DNA from: an uncultured delta proteobacterium
Lineage (GTDB): Bacteria; Desulfobacterota; Zymogenia; Zymogenales; Zymogenaceae
Direction: 5' to 3'
DNA: 64,000 nucleotides
Assembly: GCA_963735595.1 (NCBI GenBank)
Contig: CAVTLK010000004.1
Span: 1-64,000 of the forward strand
The number at the start of each line of letters is the position of its first letter. Position 1 is the stretch's first letter. Under the pieces are notes generated by a model that worked only from the letters and a program-made list of their open reading frames with translations, searched no databases and had not been told where the DNA came from. Below are positions 1-11,956 of this stretch, one piece after another. The position numbers were made by a program, and so were the translations under genes.

Positions 1-2
1 CG

Positions 3-2372
3 TTAATACCGGTTCCTCAGCGTATTGTCTCTCCTCGAACTTTCTCGTTTTACTTTCTCGCAGTCGAGGTCTATTTTGAAGCCCGATGGACGTTCGAATT
101 CATCAGCCTCCATTATGCCGAGTTCGGGATCGTTATATACCTTCTTAAGAAATAATGCAAAAATAGGAAGCGCTACATTGGCGCCCTGACCTTCGAGTAG
201 CGATTCAAAGTGAATTGACCTGTCTTCCCATCCGCACCAGACACCTCCGACAAGATTTGGTGTTACGCCCATGAACCATCCATCTGACTGTTCCTGGGTT
301 GTTCCTGTTTTTCCTCCAATCTGGTTCATCAGCATATATGGTTCTCTTCGCATTCTTATTCGCGGAACCTGTCTGAACGACTCCCTGAAGCAGGTTCAGC
401 ATAAGAAATGCTGTTTCTTCGCTTAGCACCTCCTCAATCTGTGGAGTAAACCTGGAGATCACATTACCGTTTTTGTCCTCGATCCTGGAAACATAAAGAG
501 GACGGGTATAAACACCCCTGTTTGCAAAAGTACCATAAGAACCTACCATCTCTTCAAGCTTTACATCAGAGGTTCCCAGGAATATCGAGTAAACCGGATC
601 GATAAAACTCCTGACTCCCATCTTGTGCATGAGGTTGACAACAGTATTTGGTCTGAAGCGTTCCATTACCCAGGCAGAGATATAGTTCTCTGACTGTGCC
701 AGACCCCATTTCAGGGTAACCATTTTACCGTGGTATTTCTTGTTACCGGAACTCCTGGGAGTCCAGGTAGAATCCTTTCCATCGATGAAAACCTGGAAAG
801 TTCTTGGAATATTCTCCACTTCATAACATGGAGAATAGCCATTTTGCATGGCTATTGTATAAAGAAAAGGTTTAATTGTACTTCCTACCTGTCTTTTCTG
901 AGTGGTTACAGCATCATATTTAAAGTATCTGAAATCGGGTCCTCCGACATACGCCTTTACATGACCGCTCCTTGGTTCTTCAACCATAAAACCGGATCTG
1001 ATAAAATATTTATAATACCATATTGAATCAAGGGGAGTCATAACAGTATCCACTTCTCCCTTCCAGGAGAAGACTTTCATTCTTACCGGCGTATTAAAGG
1101 CAAGCATAATGGAATCTTCGGGATTACCCCTTGCACGCATTATATAATATCTGTTGCTCTGTCTTAGCGACCTCATTATGAGCTCATCAATAGTCTTTTT
1201 ATCAAGGTCGTCAGAGTACGGGGGATTTCTGAAACTCTTCGCCCTGTTAAAAAAGTCGGGCTGTACTTCCTTTGAAAGATGCTCTGAAACTGCCTCTTCG
1301 GCAAATTGCTGCATTTTGGAATTGATGGTTGTATATATCTTCAAGCCATCAGAGTAAATATCGTAATTTGAACCGTCAGGTTTTTTATTCTTGTTGCACC
1401 ACCCGTACAGCGGGTTGTTCTGCCATTCCCACAGTGCATCATCATAAGACTCCTGCTGGACATATTTTTTCCTGTCAGGCTCAGGCCTGGTCATCAGTAT
1501 CCGGAGGTATTCGCGCAGGTATGTTGCCCGACCGGTATTATGATCTTCAAGGTGAAAATCGAGCACTATCGGCAGTGTGCTTAACCGAATCAGCAAAATG
1601 TTTGTCGAGGTATCCGTAATTTCTCCATCTGTGAAATGACAACATTGCGCCGCTGGAATACTCTTTCATAATTTCTTACCGGATTATATCTTGTGATGCC
1701 TTCAGCATACCTATCAGTACTGCTGCTTCTTCGATATTAAGTGAATCAGGTGTTGTATTGAAATAAATTTTTGAGGCTGATTTTATACCTATGGCTGAAT
1801 AGTTAAAATCATAAATATTCAGATACATCGCAATGATTTCTTCCTTGGTATAGCTTTTCTCAAGCTTGACCGCTGTTTGCCATTCTTTGAATTTTGAGAC
1901 TCCAAGTCTCATCTTCCTGGTAAAGGCCGATACATGGGCTGTATCTCTCGGGTAAAGCTGTTTGGCAAGCTGCTGTGATATTGTGCTTCCACCGCCTGTA
2001 TTCTGCCCGAGAAGAATTGTTTTTACAACAGCTCTTACAATACCACGGATATCGATCCCCGAATGACGGTAGTACCTGATGTCCTCGGTAGCGATCAGTG
2101 CATCGACAAGGTATGGAGAAAGCTCATTATAATTTGTCCATGTCCTGTTCTCAATGTGCTATCTTTCCGAGAAGAACCTCATCTTCTGAAAACACCTCTG
2201 CAGCCAGGTTCAGTTCAGGATTCTCCAGCTCCTTAAAAGATGGCATCTGTCCAAGCTTCTCATATGAGATCAGAATGAATATGGTTATTAGAAGGACAAA
2301 CGGAAAAGTGAGGAGCGCCCAGAACCAGATCAGATATTTTTTATTGTTTGTATTGCCTTTCATCGGGCTCAT
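3..2372 (-). CDS. mrcA: Class A penicillin-binding protein 1A (transglycosylase/transpeptidase), split by several frameshifts
   Basis: Consecutive minus-strand fragments (2151-2372, 1676-1912, 205-1596, 3-353). They contain an N-terminal TM helix, transglycosylase motifs ([30 protein letters not shown]) and transpeptidase motifs GSTIKP, SEN and GKTGT. The indels are probably sequencing errors. Confidence 0.9.
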
Positions 2373-2485
2373 GAATTTGGTCTCAAAAATAGTAAATAAT
2401 AAAGAAACTTGACGGTTTATTTTGAAGATTGGAATCGAATTGATTTACTTTGCGGTGTTTTTGAAACGAAAAAATCTCGCTTTAA

Positions 2486-4786
2486 ATGATCGAAAACCTT
2501 GTAATTGTAGAGTCGCCTGCAAAGGCAAAGACCATTGAGAAGTTCCTGGGGAAAGATTTCCGTGTAGTATCAAGTTTCGGACATATCAGAGATCTCGCCA
2601 AAAAGAATCTGGGGATAAATATTGAAAAGAATTTTGAACCCGATTATGAAATACCAAAGGAGAAAATGAAGGTGGTGAGTGAACTCCGGAAAGCCGCATC
2701 TGAAGCAAAGAACATCTGGATTGCCTCTGATGAGGACCGCGAAGGAGAAGCAATTGCATGGCATCTTGCCGGTGTTCTGGACCTTGACCTGAAAACTACA
2801 AAGAGGATCGTCTTTCACGAGATAACCAAAGATGCGATCACAAATGCAATTGAGACACCCCGCAAAATAGACATGAACCTTGTAAACTCACAACAGGCAA
2901 GAAGGATTCTCGACAGGCTGGTGGGTTTTGAAATATCCCCGGTGCTGTGGAAGAAAGTTCAGCCTTCGCTTTCAGCAGGAAGAGTTCAGTCGGTGGCAGT
3001 CAGGCTTATTGTTGAACGCGAAAGGGAGATCCATTCTTTCAAAGCCGAATCAGCATTCAGGGTAACAGGAATTTTCAGGATTGATACAGATACAGCAGGT
3101 GCTCTACTCAGGGCTGAAGCATCAAAAAGATTTTCGGATGAAAAGGATGCTCAGAAGTTTCTTGAGCTGTGCGGTGCTGCTGATTATAAAGTGGCAGGAA
3201 TAACTGTTAAGCCTGGAACCAGGTCGCCTGCACCGCCATTTACAACTTCAACCCTTCAGCAGGAAGCATACCGTAAACTTGGATTTTCGGTAGCACAGAC
3301 GATGGCTGTAGCCCAGAAGCTATATGAAGCCGGTAAGATAACTTATATGAGAACCGACTCCACAAATCTCTCAAAGCTTGCCCTGGCAAAATCGAGGGAA
3401 GTCATTATATCTGAGTTTGGAGAGAAATATTCAAAAACACGGCAATTTAAAACCAAGTCGAAGGGAGCACAGGAAGCACATGAAGCAATCCGGCCTGCTT
3501 ACCTTGATAATTCAGCTGTGCCCGGCAACCAGAACGAAAAGAAGCTTTATGATCTGATCTGGAAAAGGACAATAGCCTCGCAGATGGCTGATGCCCAGGT
3601 TGAAAAAACAACAATATCGATCGACATGAATAACTCCCCCGTTATCTTCAACGCAACAGGAGAAGTTATCAAATTCGACGGATTCCTGAAAGTTTATATG
3701 GAATCGACTGACCAGGAGAATACCGATGATGACAGAGTTGTGATTCCTCCTGTTAAAAAGGGGATGCCTCTATATTATAGTAGTATAACAGCATCACAGA
3801 AGTTTACTTCTCCCCCTCCCAGGTACACTGAAGCAAGCCTCGTCAAGAAGCTTGAGGAACTTGGAATCGGAAGACCTTCAACATATGCCCCGACAATTTC
3901 AACTATCCAGAACAGGGGTTATGTATCGAGGGAAGACAGACCCGGGGAAAAAAGAGCCCTGAGAATTCTGACTCTTGAAAAAGGAAAAGTTGCAGCAACA
4001 ACAAAAACAGAACTTGCAGGCAAGGAAAAATCCAAGCTTTTCCCTCAGGATATCGGAATGATCGTTAATGACTTCCTGGTTGAGAATTTCTCTGTAATAG
4101 TTGATTATCATTTCACTGCTGAGGTCGAGGAACAGTTTGACGAGATTGCTCTTGGCAATATCAAGTGGACAGGGATGCTGCATGATTTTTACGTTCCTTT
4201 CCATAAAACAATAGAAAATACCCTGGAGAAAAAAGACAGGAAAACAACAGTCAGGGTTCTCGGAAATCATCCTGAAACCGGCGAACCGGTAACTGTCAGA
4301 ATGGGCAGATACGGACCTATAGCACAGATAGGTAACACTGAAAACGAAAACAAGCCGCGTTTCGCAAGCCTTGGTAAAAATCAGCTCCTGGAAACGATAA
4401 CAATTGAAGAGGCATTAAATCTTTTCCGCCTGCCCAGATCACTTGGAAAACACGACGGCGAAGAGATGGTTGTAGGAATAGGCAAATTCGGACCTTATAT
4501 AAGGTTCAAGGGTAAGTTCTTCTCGCTCAAAAAAGGAGTCGATGATCCATATGCTGTGACACTGGAAAGAGCTCTTGAGATCATCAGCGATAAAAATGAG
4601 GATGACAGGAAAAAAGTAATTAAGGATTTCGACGACATAAAGGTCCTGAACGGAAGATATGGTCCCTATCTTACAAAAGACAAACTGAACTACCGTCTTC
4701 CTAAAGGAACTGATGCTGAGAAACTTACAAAGGAAGATTGTATTGAGATCATTGAAAAAAACGACAAGAGTAAAAAGAGCTCCTGA
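2486..4786 (+). CDS. topA: DNA topoisomerase I
   Basis: LVIVESPAKAKTI, DEDREGEAIAWH, SAGRVQS, ITYMRTDS, AQEAHEAIRP, GIGRPSTYA; C-terminal GRYGP/GKFGPY repeats. Confidence 0.98.
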   Translation: MIENLVIVESPAKAKTIEKFLGKDFRVVSSFGHIRDLAKKNLGINIEKNFEPDYEIPKEKMKVVSELRKAASEAKNIWIASDEDREGEAIAWHLAGVLDLDLKTTKRIVFHEITKDAITNAIETPRKIDMNLVNSQQARRILDRLVGFEISPVLWKKVQPSLSAGRVQSVAVRLIVEREREIHSFKAESAFRVTGIFRIDTDTAGALLRAEASKRFSDEKDAQKFLELCGAADYKVAGITVKPGTRSPAPPFTTSTLQQEAYRKLGFSVAQTMAVAQKLYEAGKITYMRTDSTNLSKLALAKSREVIISEFGEKYSKTRQFKTKSKGAQEAHEAIRPAYLDNSAVPGNQNEKKLYDLIWKRTIASQMADAQVEKTTISIDMNNSPVIFNATGEVIKFDGFLKVYMESTDQENTDDDRVVIPPVKKGMPLYYSSITASQKFTSPPPRYTEASLVKKLEELGIGRPSTYAPTISTIQNRGYVSREDRPGEKRALRILTLEKGKVAATTKTELAGKEKSKLFPQDIGMIVNDFLVENFSVIVDYHFTAEVEEQFDEIALGNIKWTGMLHDFYVPFHKTIENTLEKKDRKTTVRVLGNHPETGEPVTVRMGRYGPIAQIGNTENENKPRFASLGKNQLLETITIEEALNLFRLPRSLGKHDGEEMVVGIGKFGPYIRFKGKFFSLKKGVDDPYAVTLERALEIISDKNEDDRKKVIKDFDDIKVLNGRYGPYLTKDKLNYRLPKGTDAEKLTKEDCIEIIEKNDKSKKSS

Positions 4787-4794
4787 TTCAAGCT

Positions 4795-5961
4795 ATGATT
4801 GACCTGAAAGATTATTTTAATCCTGTCAGCATTGAGACTCCCGAATTCGATTACATTTCAGGAGATGCAGGATTTCCTCATTCCATTTCTGTGCACACCG
4901 AAAGTGCCAATCTCAGGGATATCAGCAAATACAGGATAGCACTTCTGGGCGTTCCTGAAGGCCGTAATTCACCGGGTAAGGGATCGGAAAAAGCTCCTGA
5001 CAGCATAAGGGCAGAGCTTTACAGGCTAGCAAGGATCCCGGGAAAATCTAAAATCATTGATCTGGGAAACATGAAGCAGGGGGCTTCCTTTAATGATACG
5101 ATTGCCGGACTGACTGACATACTGATGTTTCTTATCGAAAAAAACATTTTTCCTGTTATCACCGGAGGAAGCAGCTCACTAATGCTTGCTGTCGACAAGG
5201 CCCTGTCGAACCTGAAGATAAAATACACCATGGCTGCTGTTGATTCCCGGATCGACTTCATGAATGAAAAGAAGGAACATGATTCGTTCAGCTATCTGAA
5301 TTCCATTATTCATAATCACAAAAGCACCTTAAGTCACTATATTAATATAGGTTACCAGACATACCTCAACGATCAGCAGGTGGTAAATCGTTTTCTGAGG
5401 CGCAAGTCGGAACTTGTAAGGATCGGAGATGTGAGAAAAGCCATCTATCTGACCGAACCTCTTCTGAGGGATTCCGAGGTAGCAGTTTTTGATATTTCAG
5501 CTGTGAGGCAATCAGATGCACCGGGCACTGTAAGTCCTTCTCCTAATGGATTTTATGGTGAAGAGATATGTTTGCTCGCCAGGTATGCCGGCATTTCGGA
5601 TAATCTGAAGCTTTTTGCACTTTTCGATGTCAATCCCGAATTCGACCTGAGAAACCAGACGTCAGGTCTTGCGGCCCAGATAATCTGGTTCTTCCTTGAA
5701 GGATTTTCGCAGAAACAATATGAGACTCCTTCTCTTGGCACCAGCAATTCAGGAAGGTTTATAAAGTATCACGTAAGGGTTACAGACCTTGATGATGATC
5801 TTATTTTTGTGAAAAGCAACCTCACTGACCGATGGTGGATGGAGCTGCCTGCAGGAAACGATAAATACACACATATCGCCTGTTCGCATGAGGACTATCT
5901 TAAGGCCAATCACAATGAAGTTCCTGAGCGATGGCTCAGGGGAACAGAGAGGCTGAAATAA
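4795..5961 (+). CDS. Arginase/formimidoylglutamase-family (ureohydrolase fold) protein
   Basis: IALLGVPE, IIDLGN, DISAVRQSDAPG..SPNGFYGEEIC; this family commonly lies between topA and porP in Bacteroidota. Confidence 0.8.
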   Translation: MIDLKDYFNPVSIETPEFDYISGDAGFPHSISVHTESANLRDISKYRIALLGVPEGRNSPGKGSEKAPDSIRAELYRLARIPGKSKIIDLGNMKQGASFNDTIAGLTDILMFLIEKNIFPVITGGSSSLMLAVDKALSNLKIKYTMAAVDSRIDFMNEKKEHDSFSYLNSIIHNHKSTLSHYINIGYQTYLNDQQVVNRFLRRKSELVRIGDVRKAIYLTEPLLRDSEVAVFDISAVRQSDAPGTVSPSPNGFYGEEICLLARYAGISDNLKLFALFDVNPEFDLRNQTSGLAAQIIWFFLEGFSQKQYETPSLGTSNSGRFIKYHVRVTDLDDDLIFVKSNLTDRWWMELPAGNDKYTHIACSHEDYLKANHNEVPERWLRGTERLK

Positions 5962-6048
5962 AATAAAAGTATATTTGTTTACGTTTTAGATTTTTACTTA
6001 TTTTACTGGTTCAACTCAGTTGTATCGAACTCTTTGGTAATTAAAGAA

Positions 6049-7008
6049 ATGAAAAGAACTGGAATCGCATTTCTTTTTTTAGTAATTGCATGTATCCCCG
6101 GGTGGTCGCAGCAGGACCCGGTGACGAGTCAGTATATGCTTAACACTCTGACGTATAACCCCGGTGTTGCCGGCACTTCAGGAATGATATGTGCGACTGC
6201 TCTCAACAGGCAGCAGTGGTCAGGTTTTAAGGGTGCCCCGGCCACAACTGTGTTCAATGTGAGCGCTCCGGTTTCACTTTTTAAGAGAAGACACGGAGTT
6301 GGTCTGGTAATTGAAAGCGACAATATAGGGTTTGACAAGGACCTCAATCTTTCTGCCGTTTACTCGTACCTCATCGATATGAACATCGGCAAGCTTGGTA
6401 TCGGAGTTAATATCGGGATGATCAACAAAGCCCTTGAGCCTTCGTGGTATATCCCTGACGGTGATGATTTTACTCCTCCTGACCAGGATCCCCTTATACC
6501 AACCACCAAAGAGAATTTCATTGCTTTCGATGCAGGTCTTGGACTCTACCTTCTGGCTGATAAATATTATGCAGCTTTTTCAGTTGCACATATTAACCAG
6601 CCTAAAATAAAATATTCCAGAGAAGGCGGAGGTGAAGCGATTACCTATGTCAGCCGTCATTATTATCTTACCGCCGGCTATAATTTGCAGCTTGCTAACC
6701 CGTCATTTGAACTGCTGCCGTCACTATTCGCATACAGCGACGGGAAGGCTGTTCAATTTAATGTGACTTCCCTTGTGAGATACAATAAAAAAGTATGGGG
6801 AGGCGTTTCATACAGAGCAGGTGATGCCCTGATCGGAATTGCAGGCTTCGAATTATACAATGGATTAAGAATAGGTTATGCTTATGATTTCCCTTTATCG
6901 GATATCAAAAAGAGCACGAGCGGGTCGCATGAATTTATAGTTAACTATTGTTTCGACCTGAGCCTTGGCAAAAGCCCGATGAGATATAAAAGTATTAGAT
7001 TTTTATGA
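6049..7008 (+). CDS. porP: T9SS membrane protein, PorP/SprF family
   Basis: Signal peptide, QQDP..SQYM..YNPG.AG, RQQWSGF.GAP, GYAYDF, GSHEF; first gene of the porPKLMN run. Confidence 0.92.
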   Translation: MKRTGIAFLFLVIACIPGWSQQDPVTSQYMLNTLTYNPGVAGTSGMICATALNRQQWSGFKGAPATTVFNVSAPVSLFKRRHGVGLVIESDNIGFDKDLNLSAVYSYLIDMNIGKLGIGVNIGMINKALEPSWYIPDGDDFTPPDQDPLIPTTKENFIAFDAGLGLYLLADKYYAAFSVAHINQPKIKYSREGGGEAITYVSRHYYLTAGYNLQLANPSFELLPSLFAYSDGKAVQFNVTSLVRYNKKVWGGVSYRAGDALIGIAGFELYNGLRIGYAYDFPLSDIKKSTSGSHEFIVNYCFDLSLGKSPMRYKSIRFL

Positions 7009-7054
7009 TTATTAAAAAAAAATAACTTACTTGCATTATAAATTTTATAGAAAT

Positions 7055-8401
7055 ATGAAAAAGGTACTCTTTTCTGCCCTGATTGTTGTAATTTTCGTGA
7101 CTGGGTGCGGCACTTCTAATACCGGTGAGCTGACAGGCGTTCTGGGAAGAAAGAAATTCTTTGAACCGGAACCGATGGAAATGGCATTTATACCGGCAGG
7201 TAGTTTCATAATGGGGCCAAGCGATCAGGATGCTGTGTTTGCCATGAACAGCCTTTCAAAGTCTGTTACCGTAGATGCATTCTGGATGGACCAGTGTGAG
7301 ATCACGAATAACAAATACCGCCAGTTCGTATATTGGGTACGTGATTCAATTCTCAGAACAAAACTTGGTGAAGCTGCTATTGCTGACCGCGAATATTTCA
7401 TGACTGACGATGACGGAAACGTTCTGGAGGGCAATATTATTAACTGGGAAGAAAAAATAGATCCGGAAGAGGAAACAACAAAAGGGATAATCGAAGAGAT
7501 GTACTACCCGCCTGAAGAGAGGTTCAACGGCAAAAAACAATATGATGTCCGCAAATACAACTATTCATATTTCTGGGTTGATTATCAGCAGGCCTCTAAA
7601 TCAAGATATGTTTATGATTATGACAACAATACCGGTAAATATGAAGGCCAGGTAACAGATAAAAATGGCGTTCGTACCGATGTTAAGGACCGTTCCTCAT
7701 TTATCAGACATGAGGTTATCAATATTTATCCCGACACCCTGTGCTGGATCAGGGATTTCACTTATTCATTCAACGACCCCCAGGCTGATCTTTATTTCTG
7801 GCATCCATCATTTGACGACTATCCTGTTGTTGGTGTAACATGGCACCAGGCAAATGCTTTCAGCCACTGGAGAACAGAATACATGAACAATGCACTAAGG
7901 AAAAACGGGATCTTCGACGTTCAGGAATACAGGCTGCCCCTTGAAACTGAATGGGAATATGCATCAAGAGGAGGCCTCGATCTTCAGAAATATCCATGGG
8001 GAGGTCCGTATACACGCAACTACGAAGGATGCTTTCTGGCCAACTTCAAACCTCTGCGAGGCAACTATATCGACGACGGAAATGTCTATGCCGGCAAGGT
8101 GGGTTCATATGATCCCAATGAATATATGCTCTATGACATGTCAGGAAACGTAGCTGAATGGACATGCTGCGCATATCATCCTTCAGCCTACATCTTCCAG
8201 CACGATTTACAGCCTAACTACGAATATAACGCAAAACCACAGGATCCTCCTGTGATGAAACGCAAGGTAATACGCGGCGGATCATGGAAGGACATAGCAT
8301 ATTTCCTTGAGACAAGCGCAAGGGATTATGAATACCAGGATTCCACAAAACCTTTTATAGGCTTCCGCAACGTAAGATCCTATATCGGAGCAGAATTATA
8401 A
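7055..8401 (+). CDS. porK: T9SS/gliding lipoprotein PorK/GldK (FGE-sulfatase fold)
   Basis: Lipobox VTGC; GELTGV; YPVVGVTW; RLPLETEWEYA; DMSGNVAEW; RGGSW. Confidence 0.92.
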   Translation: MKKVLFSALIVVIFVTGCGTSNTGELTGVLGRKKFFEPEPMEMAFIPAGSFIMGPSDQDAVFAMNSLSKSVTVDAFWMDQCEITNNKYRQFVYWVRDSILRTKLGEAAIADREYFMTDDDGNVLEGNIINWEEKIDPEEETTKGIIEEMYYPPEERFNGKKQYDVRKYNYSYFWVDYQQASKSRYVYDYDNNTGKYEGQVTDKNGVRTDVKDRSSFIRHEVINIYPDTLCWIRDFTYSFNDPQADLYFWHPSFDDYPVVGVTWHQANAFSHWRTEYMNNALRKNGIFDVQEYRLPLETEWEYASRGGLDLQKYPWGGPYTRNYEGCFLANFKPLRGNYIDDGNVYAGKVGSYDPNEYMLYDMSGNVAEWTCCAYHPSAYIFQHDLQPNYEYNAKPQDPPVMKRKVIRGGSWKDIAYFLETSARDYEYQDSTKPFIGFRNVRSYIGAEL

Positions 8402-8437
8402 TCTAAAAAATGCAATAACCCCAAAATAATCAGGTAT

Positions 8438-9326
8438 ATGAGTCTAGCAGAATTAGTACAAAGTAGTGGATGGAAGAATTTCATCGCAAAACTTTATGGT
8501 TTGGGTGCTTCCGTCGTAATCATCGGTGCATTGTTTAAAATACAGCACTGGCCATTGGCAAATTTAATGCTTACCTTAGGTTTGATTACCGAGGCTATCA
8601 TTTTCTTCTTTTCAGCTTTCGAACCATTGCATGAGGAGATCGACTGGACACTGGTCTACCCCGAGCTTGCAGGTATCCCTGAAGAGGGAGAAGAACTTCC
8701 TGCACATGGAAGCGGAAAACAGCGTGATGGTGAGAGGGATAAGCGGTGGTGGATACGGCGGCGGCGGCGGTTCTGTAGCTCTTGCCAAATTTGATGAAAT
8801 GCTTGAGAAAGCCGAAATCACTCCCGACCTGTTCCAGAAACTGGGCGGCGGCATGAAGAAACTCAGCGAAGCTACAGTCAATATGAATGCGATGGGCGAT
8901 GTTTCAGCTGCTTCCTCCAAGTACATGAATTCAATCAATACTGCTACTGATTCCCTGGGAAAACTCGCTGAATCTTACCAGTCAACAACAAAAGTCATAA
9001 ATGAAACCGGCTCTACCTACAAGAACATGGCAGAATCCATGTCGGCTGTAGAAGTAGGCGGCAAATCATACCAGCAGCAACTCGAAGTCCTTAACAAGAA
9101 CCTCTCAGCACTTAATACTGTTTATGAACTGCAGAAGAAAGGCGCTGACGAGCATATCAAAGAATCTGAAAATCTTTACAAGGGACTTCAGGGGCTGATG
9201 AAAGATCTTACAGAATCTGCAGGTGACACAAAGAAATACCGTGAACAGATAACAAAGCTTAACGACAATCTGTCGGCACTTAACAATGTCTATGGAAATA
9301 TGCTTGCTGCAATGAATGTCAAGTAA
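8438..9326 (+). CDS. porL: T9SS motor protein PorL/GldL (frameshift near 8720)
   Basis: KLYGLGASVVIIGALFKIQHW..TEAIIFFFSAFEP..DWTLVYPEL in ORF 8438-8794; coiled-coil C-terminus NLSALNNVYGNMLAAM in ORF 8631-9326. Confidence 0.92.
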
Positions 9327-9363
9327 AGCGGCATTTGTTTTACCTAACTAAACTACCCAGAAA

Positions 9364-10975
9364 ATGGCTCACGAAAAGCTATCTCCGCGACAAAAGATGA
9401 TCGGTATGATGTACCTGGTGCTTACAGCCATGCTTGCACTCAACGTTTCAAAGGAAACCGTAAAGGCTTTCATGAAAGTTGATAAGGGTTTAAGTCAGAC
9501 CGTCGAAAATTATGCTCAGAAAAACAGTACTATCTATAACGAATTTGAATTGTCATTCGCTTCATATCCTGAAAAGACAGGGCCATACAGGAGCAAAGCT
9601 CTCTTAGTAAAACAGCGTGCCGACGAAGTGTACAATTATATCCAGGACCTCAAGATCCTGATCATCAAAACAGCTGACGGTGAAGATGCTGAAGCCATCA
9701 ACGGAAGAGAAATTGACATTGAGAAGGTAGAAAGATACGATGATAACAACGTGCCATCACAGATCCTTATCGGTCCAAATGAAGATCAGAAAGCCTACGA
9801 CCTTAAAGCTCTCGTAGACTTATATCGCAATTTTCTTATTACTGATGTTCTTGAAGGCGGAGCTCCCACAATTGAGGAATCACTTAAAGACAACACTCAA
9901 CACTGATGATGGTCCGAATGAAGATGGTGACATTGAAAAATGGCCTAACCTTACATTCCAGCTTCTTCCTCTGGTTGGAGCCAATGCACTTCTTACAAAA
10001 ATGCAGGTCGACGTCAGAAACTCGGAAACTGAAGTTCTTAACTACCTCTTTGCGCAGATCGACAAAACCAATTTCAAGTTCAACAAACTCGATGCAGTAG
10101 TAATTCCCAAATCAACTTATGTAACTGTTGGCCAGACTTATGAAGCTGCTGTTTTCCTTTCTGCTACCGACTCCACACAGGCACCTGTAATTACTGTAGG
10201 CGGACAACAGCTTCCTCTTGATGACCTTGGAAGAGGGATCTATACTGCCAGGGCAACGTCAGTCGGAAATGGTAAAAAATGGGGAGGAATAATTGCACTT
10301 AAAGGACCCACAGGCGATATCAGTAATTATGAATTTGAATCAGAATATTCGGTTGGTGAACCAAATGCAACTGTATCAGCATCTGCTGTGAACGTTCTGT
10401 ATGCCGGAACTGACAATCCATTGGATATCTTGATACCGGGAGTCAGACCTGACAGAATTAAAGCCAGTTCAACCGGTGGAACTATTACGAAGAAAAAAGT
10501 TATGAATGCCCGAACCAAGGAATACTTCCCGGGAGAATGGGCAATCAATCCCACAGCAGCTCCGGGATCAACCATTCAGGTTAGTGTCTCCGGAACAGAT
10601 GAAAGCGGAAAAGCCACATCCTATCCTCCGGTTAAATTCAGGATTAAGCCCATCCCAAAACCTGAAGCTCAGTTTGGAGGAAAGAACGGGGGTCTTATTC
10701 CCAAACCTACAGCTACTGCGATGACTGAAGTTTTTGCAGTACTTAAAGATTTTGATTTTGATCTCTCGTTCAAAGTAACAGGGTTTACAATGAGTTTCCC
10801 CGGTAGTTTTGGTGTGATCCCGAGAAACAGCACCAGTTCAAAACTCACACCCGAACAGCTGGCTGATTTAAAGAAAATGACCAAGGGTCAAAGACTGATT
10901 ATTGAAAATATTACAGTACAAACTCCTTGAGGAACAACAGAAGGAATAGCTTCTATTGTATTAACAATAGACTAG
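9364..10975 (+). CDS. porM: T9SS motor protein PorM/GldM (frameshift near 9890; in-frame TGA at 10928-10930)
   Basis: SPRQKMIGMMYLVLTAMLALNVS, LTKMQVDVRNSE, FNKLDAVV, VLYAG.DNP; GldM-like tail GTTEGIASIVLTID continues in frame after the TGA to 10975. Confidence 0.9.
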
Positions 10976-10997
10976 TTTTTAATATAATAACTACAAT

Positions 10998-11816
10998 ATG
11001 AATAGGAGAATTATTTTGGGGATTATCGTTTTAATGGCATTCACCGGATTAGCCAAAGGCCAGACGTTTGGTGATATTTACCAGAAGTCTATTCCGGATG
11101 CAAAAAAGATAGATTACCCGTATCTCAGGGAAGCCGATGTTGTATGGTCAAAAAAATATTATCGTCTGGTTGACCTTCGTGAAAAAGCTAACTTCCCTCT
11201 TTACTATCCTGTAAAAGCAACAAAAGACGGCAGACGAAGCTTCGTCGCTATTCTGTTTGATGAGATCCAGAAAGGCAACATCAATGCATATGATGAGTCC
11301 CTGGTGCCTACAACTTATGAGGATGTACAAACATTTATAGGCGGTGGTCCAAAACATATAAGCGTACCTGTGGGTGACGGGAGTATTATGATAGACTCTG
11401 TGGTTCCTGACGCAGGATCTATTGAGAACGTGAAAAACCTGATCCTTTATGAAGAATGGTATTTTGACAAGAAGCTTTCGCAGCTTGGCGTCAGAATTAT
11501 TGCAATGAAACCATTATGGATTGGCGAAGGTGAAACAGGCGGCACCAAAAAAGTTGAAGTGTGCTGGATAAAATTTGATGAGATCAGGGATATCATTTCA
11601 AGATATGAAGTGTTCGCACCCAATAATGATGCTCAAAGGATCTCCTTCGACGACCTGTTCATGCAGAGAAGATTTTCAGGCGTTATCCTGGGTGAATCAA
11701 ATGAGTATAACGACAGGATGATTCAGGAATATCTGATCGGTAAACCGGCTCTCTTTGAAGCTGAAAGGTTAAAAACCGAACTGCAGAATTTCGAACATGA
11801 TCTTTGGGAATACTAG
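10998..11816 (+). CDS. porN: T9SS protein PorN/GldN
   Basis: [51 protein letters not shown]. Confidence 0.92.
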   Translation: MNRRIILGIIVLMAFTGLAKGQTFGDIYQKSIPDAKKIDYPYLREADVVWSKKYYRLVDLREKANFPLYYPVKATKDGRRSFVAILFDEIQKGNINAYDESLVPTTYEDVQTFIGGGPKHISVPVGDGSIMIDSVVPDAGSIENVKNLILYEEWYFDKKLSQLGVRIIAMKPLWIGEGETGGTKKVEVCWIKFDEIRDIISRYEVFAPNNDAQRISFDDLFMQRRFSGVILGESNEYNDRMIQEYLIGKPALFEAERLKTELQNFEHDLWEY

Positions 11817-11851
11817 GCTTCGTGCCACTGACACGGTGATAATAAAAATAT

Positions 11852-11885
11852 AAAAGAGGCTCTGAAAATCAGAGCCTCTTTTTTT
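11852..11885. terminator. Intrinsic terminator, probably bidirectional, after porN
   Basis: AAAAGAGGCTCTGA-AAA-TCAGAGCCTCTTTT perfect stem with T/A tails between convergent genes. Confidence 0.85.
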
Positions 11886-11917
11886 ATTTTGCCCCATTAA
11901 TTAATATAATTAGTACT

Positions 11918-11953
11918 GGGTTTTAACCCCCCTTGGGGGGCTGGGGGGTTGGG
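11918..11953. repeat. C-run/G-run REP-like palindrome copy
   Basis: GGGTTTTAACCCCCCTTGGGGGGCTGGGGGG, close to the copy at about 38423-38450. Confidence 0.65.
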
Positions 11954-11956
11954 AAC

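Noticed and set aside
10928..10930. Selenocysteine or genetic-code reassignment at the porM TGA
   Set aside because: No catalytic Cys context or evident SECIS hairpin; TGA terminates many other genes in the window.
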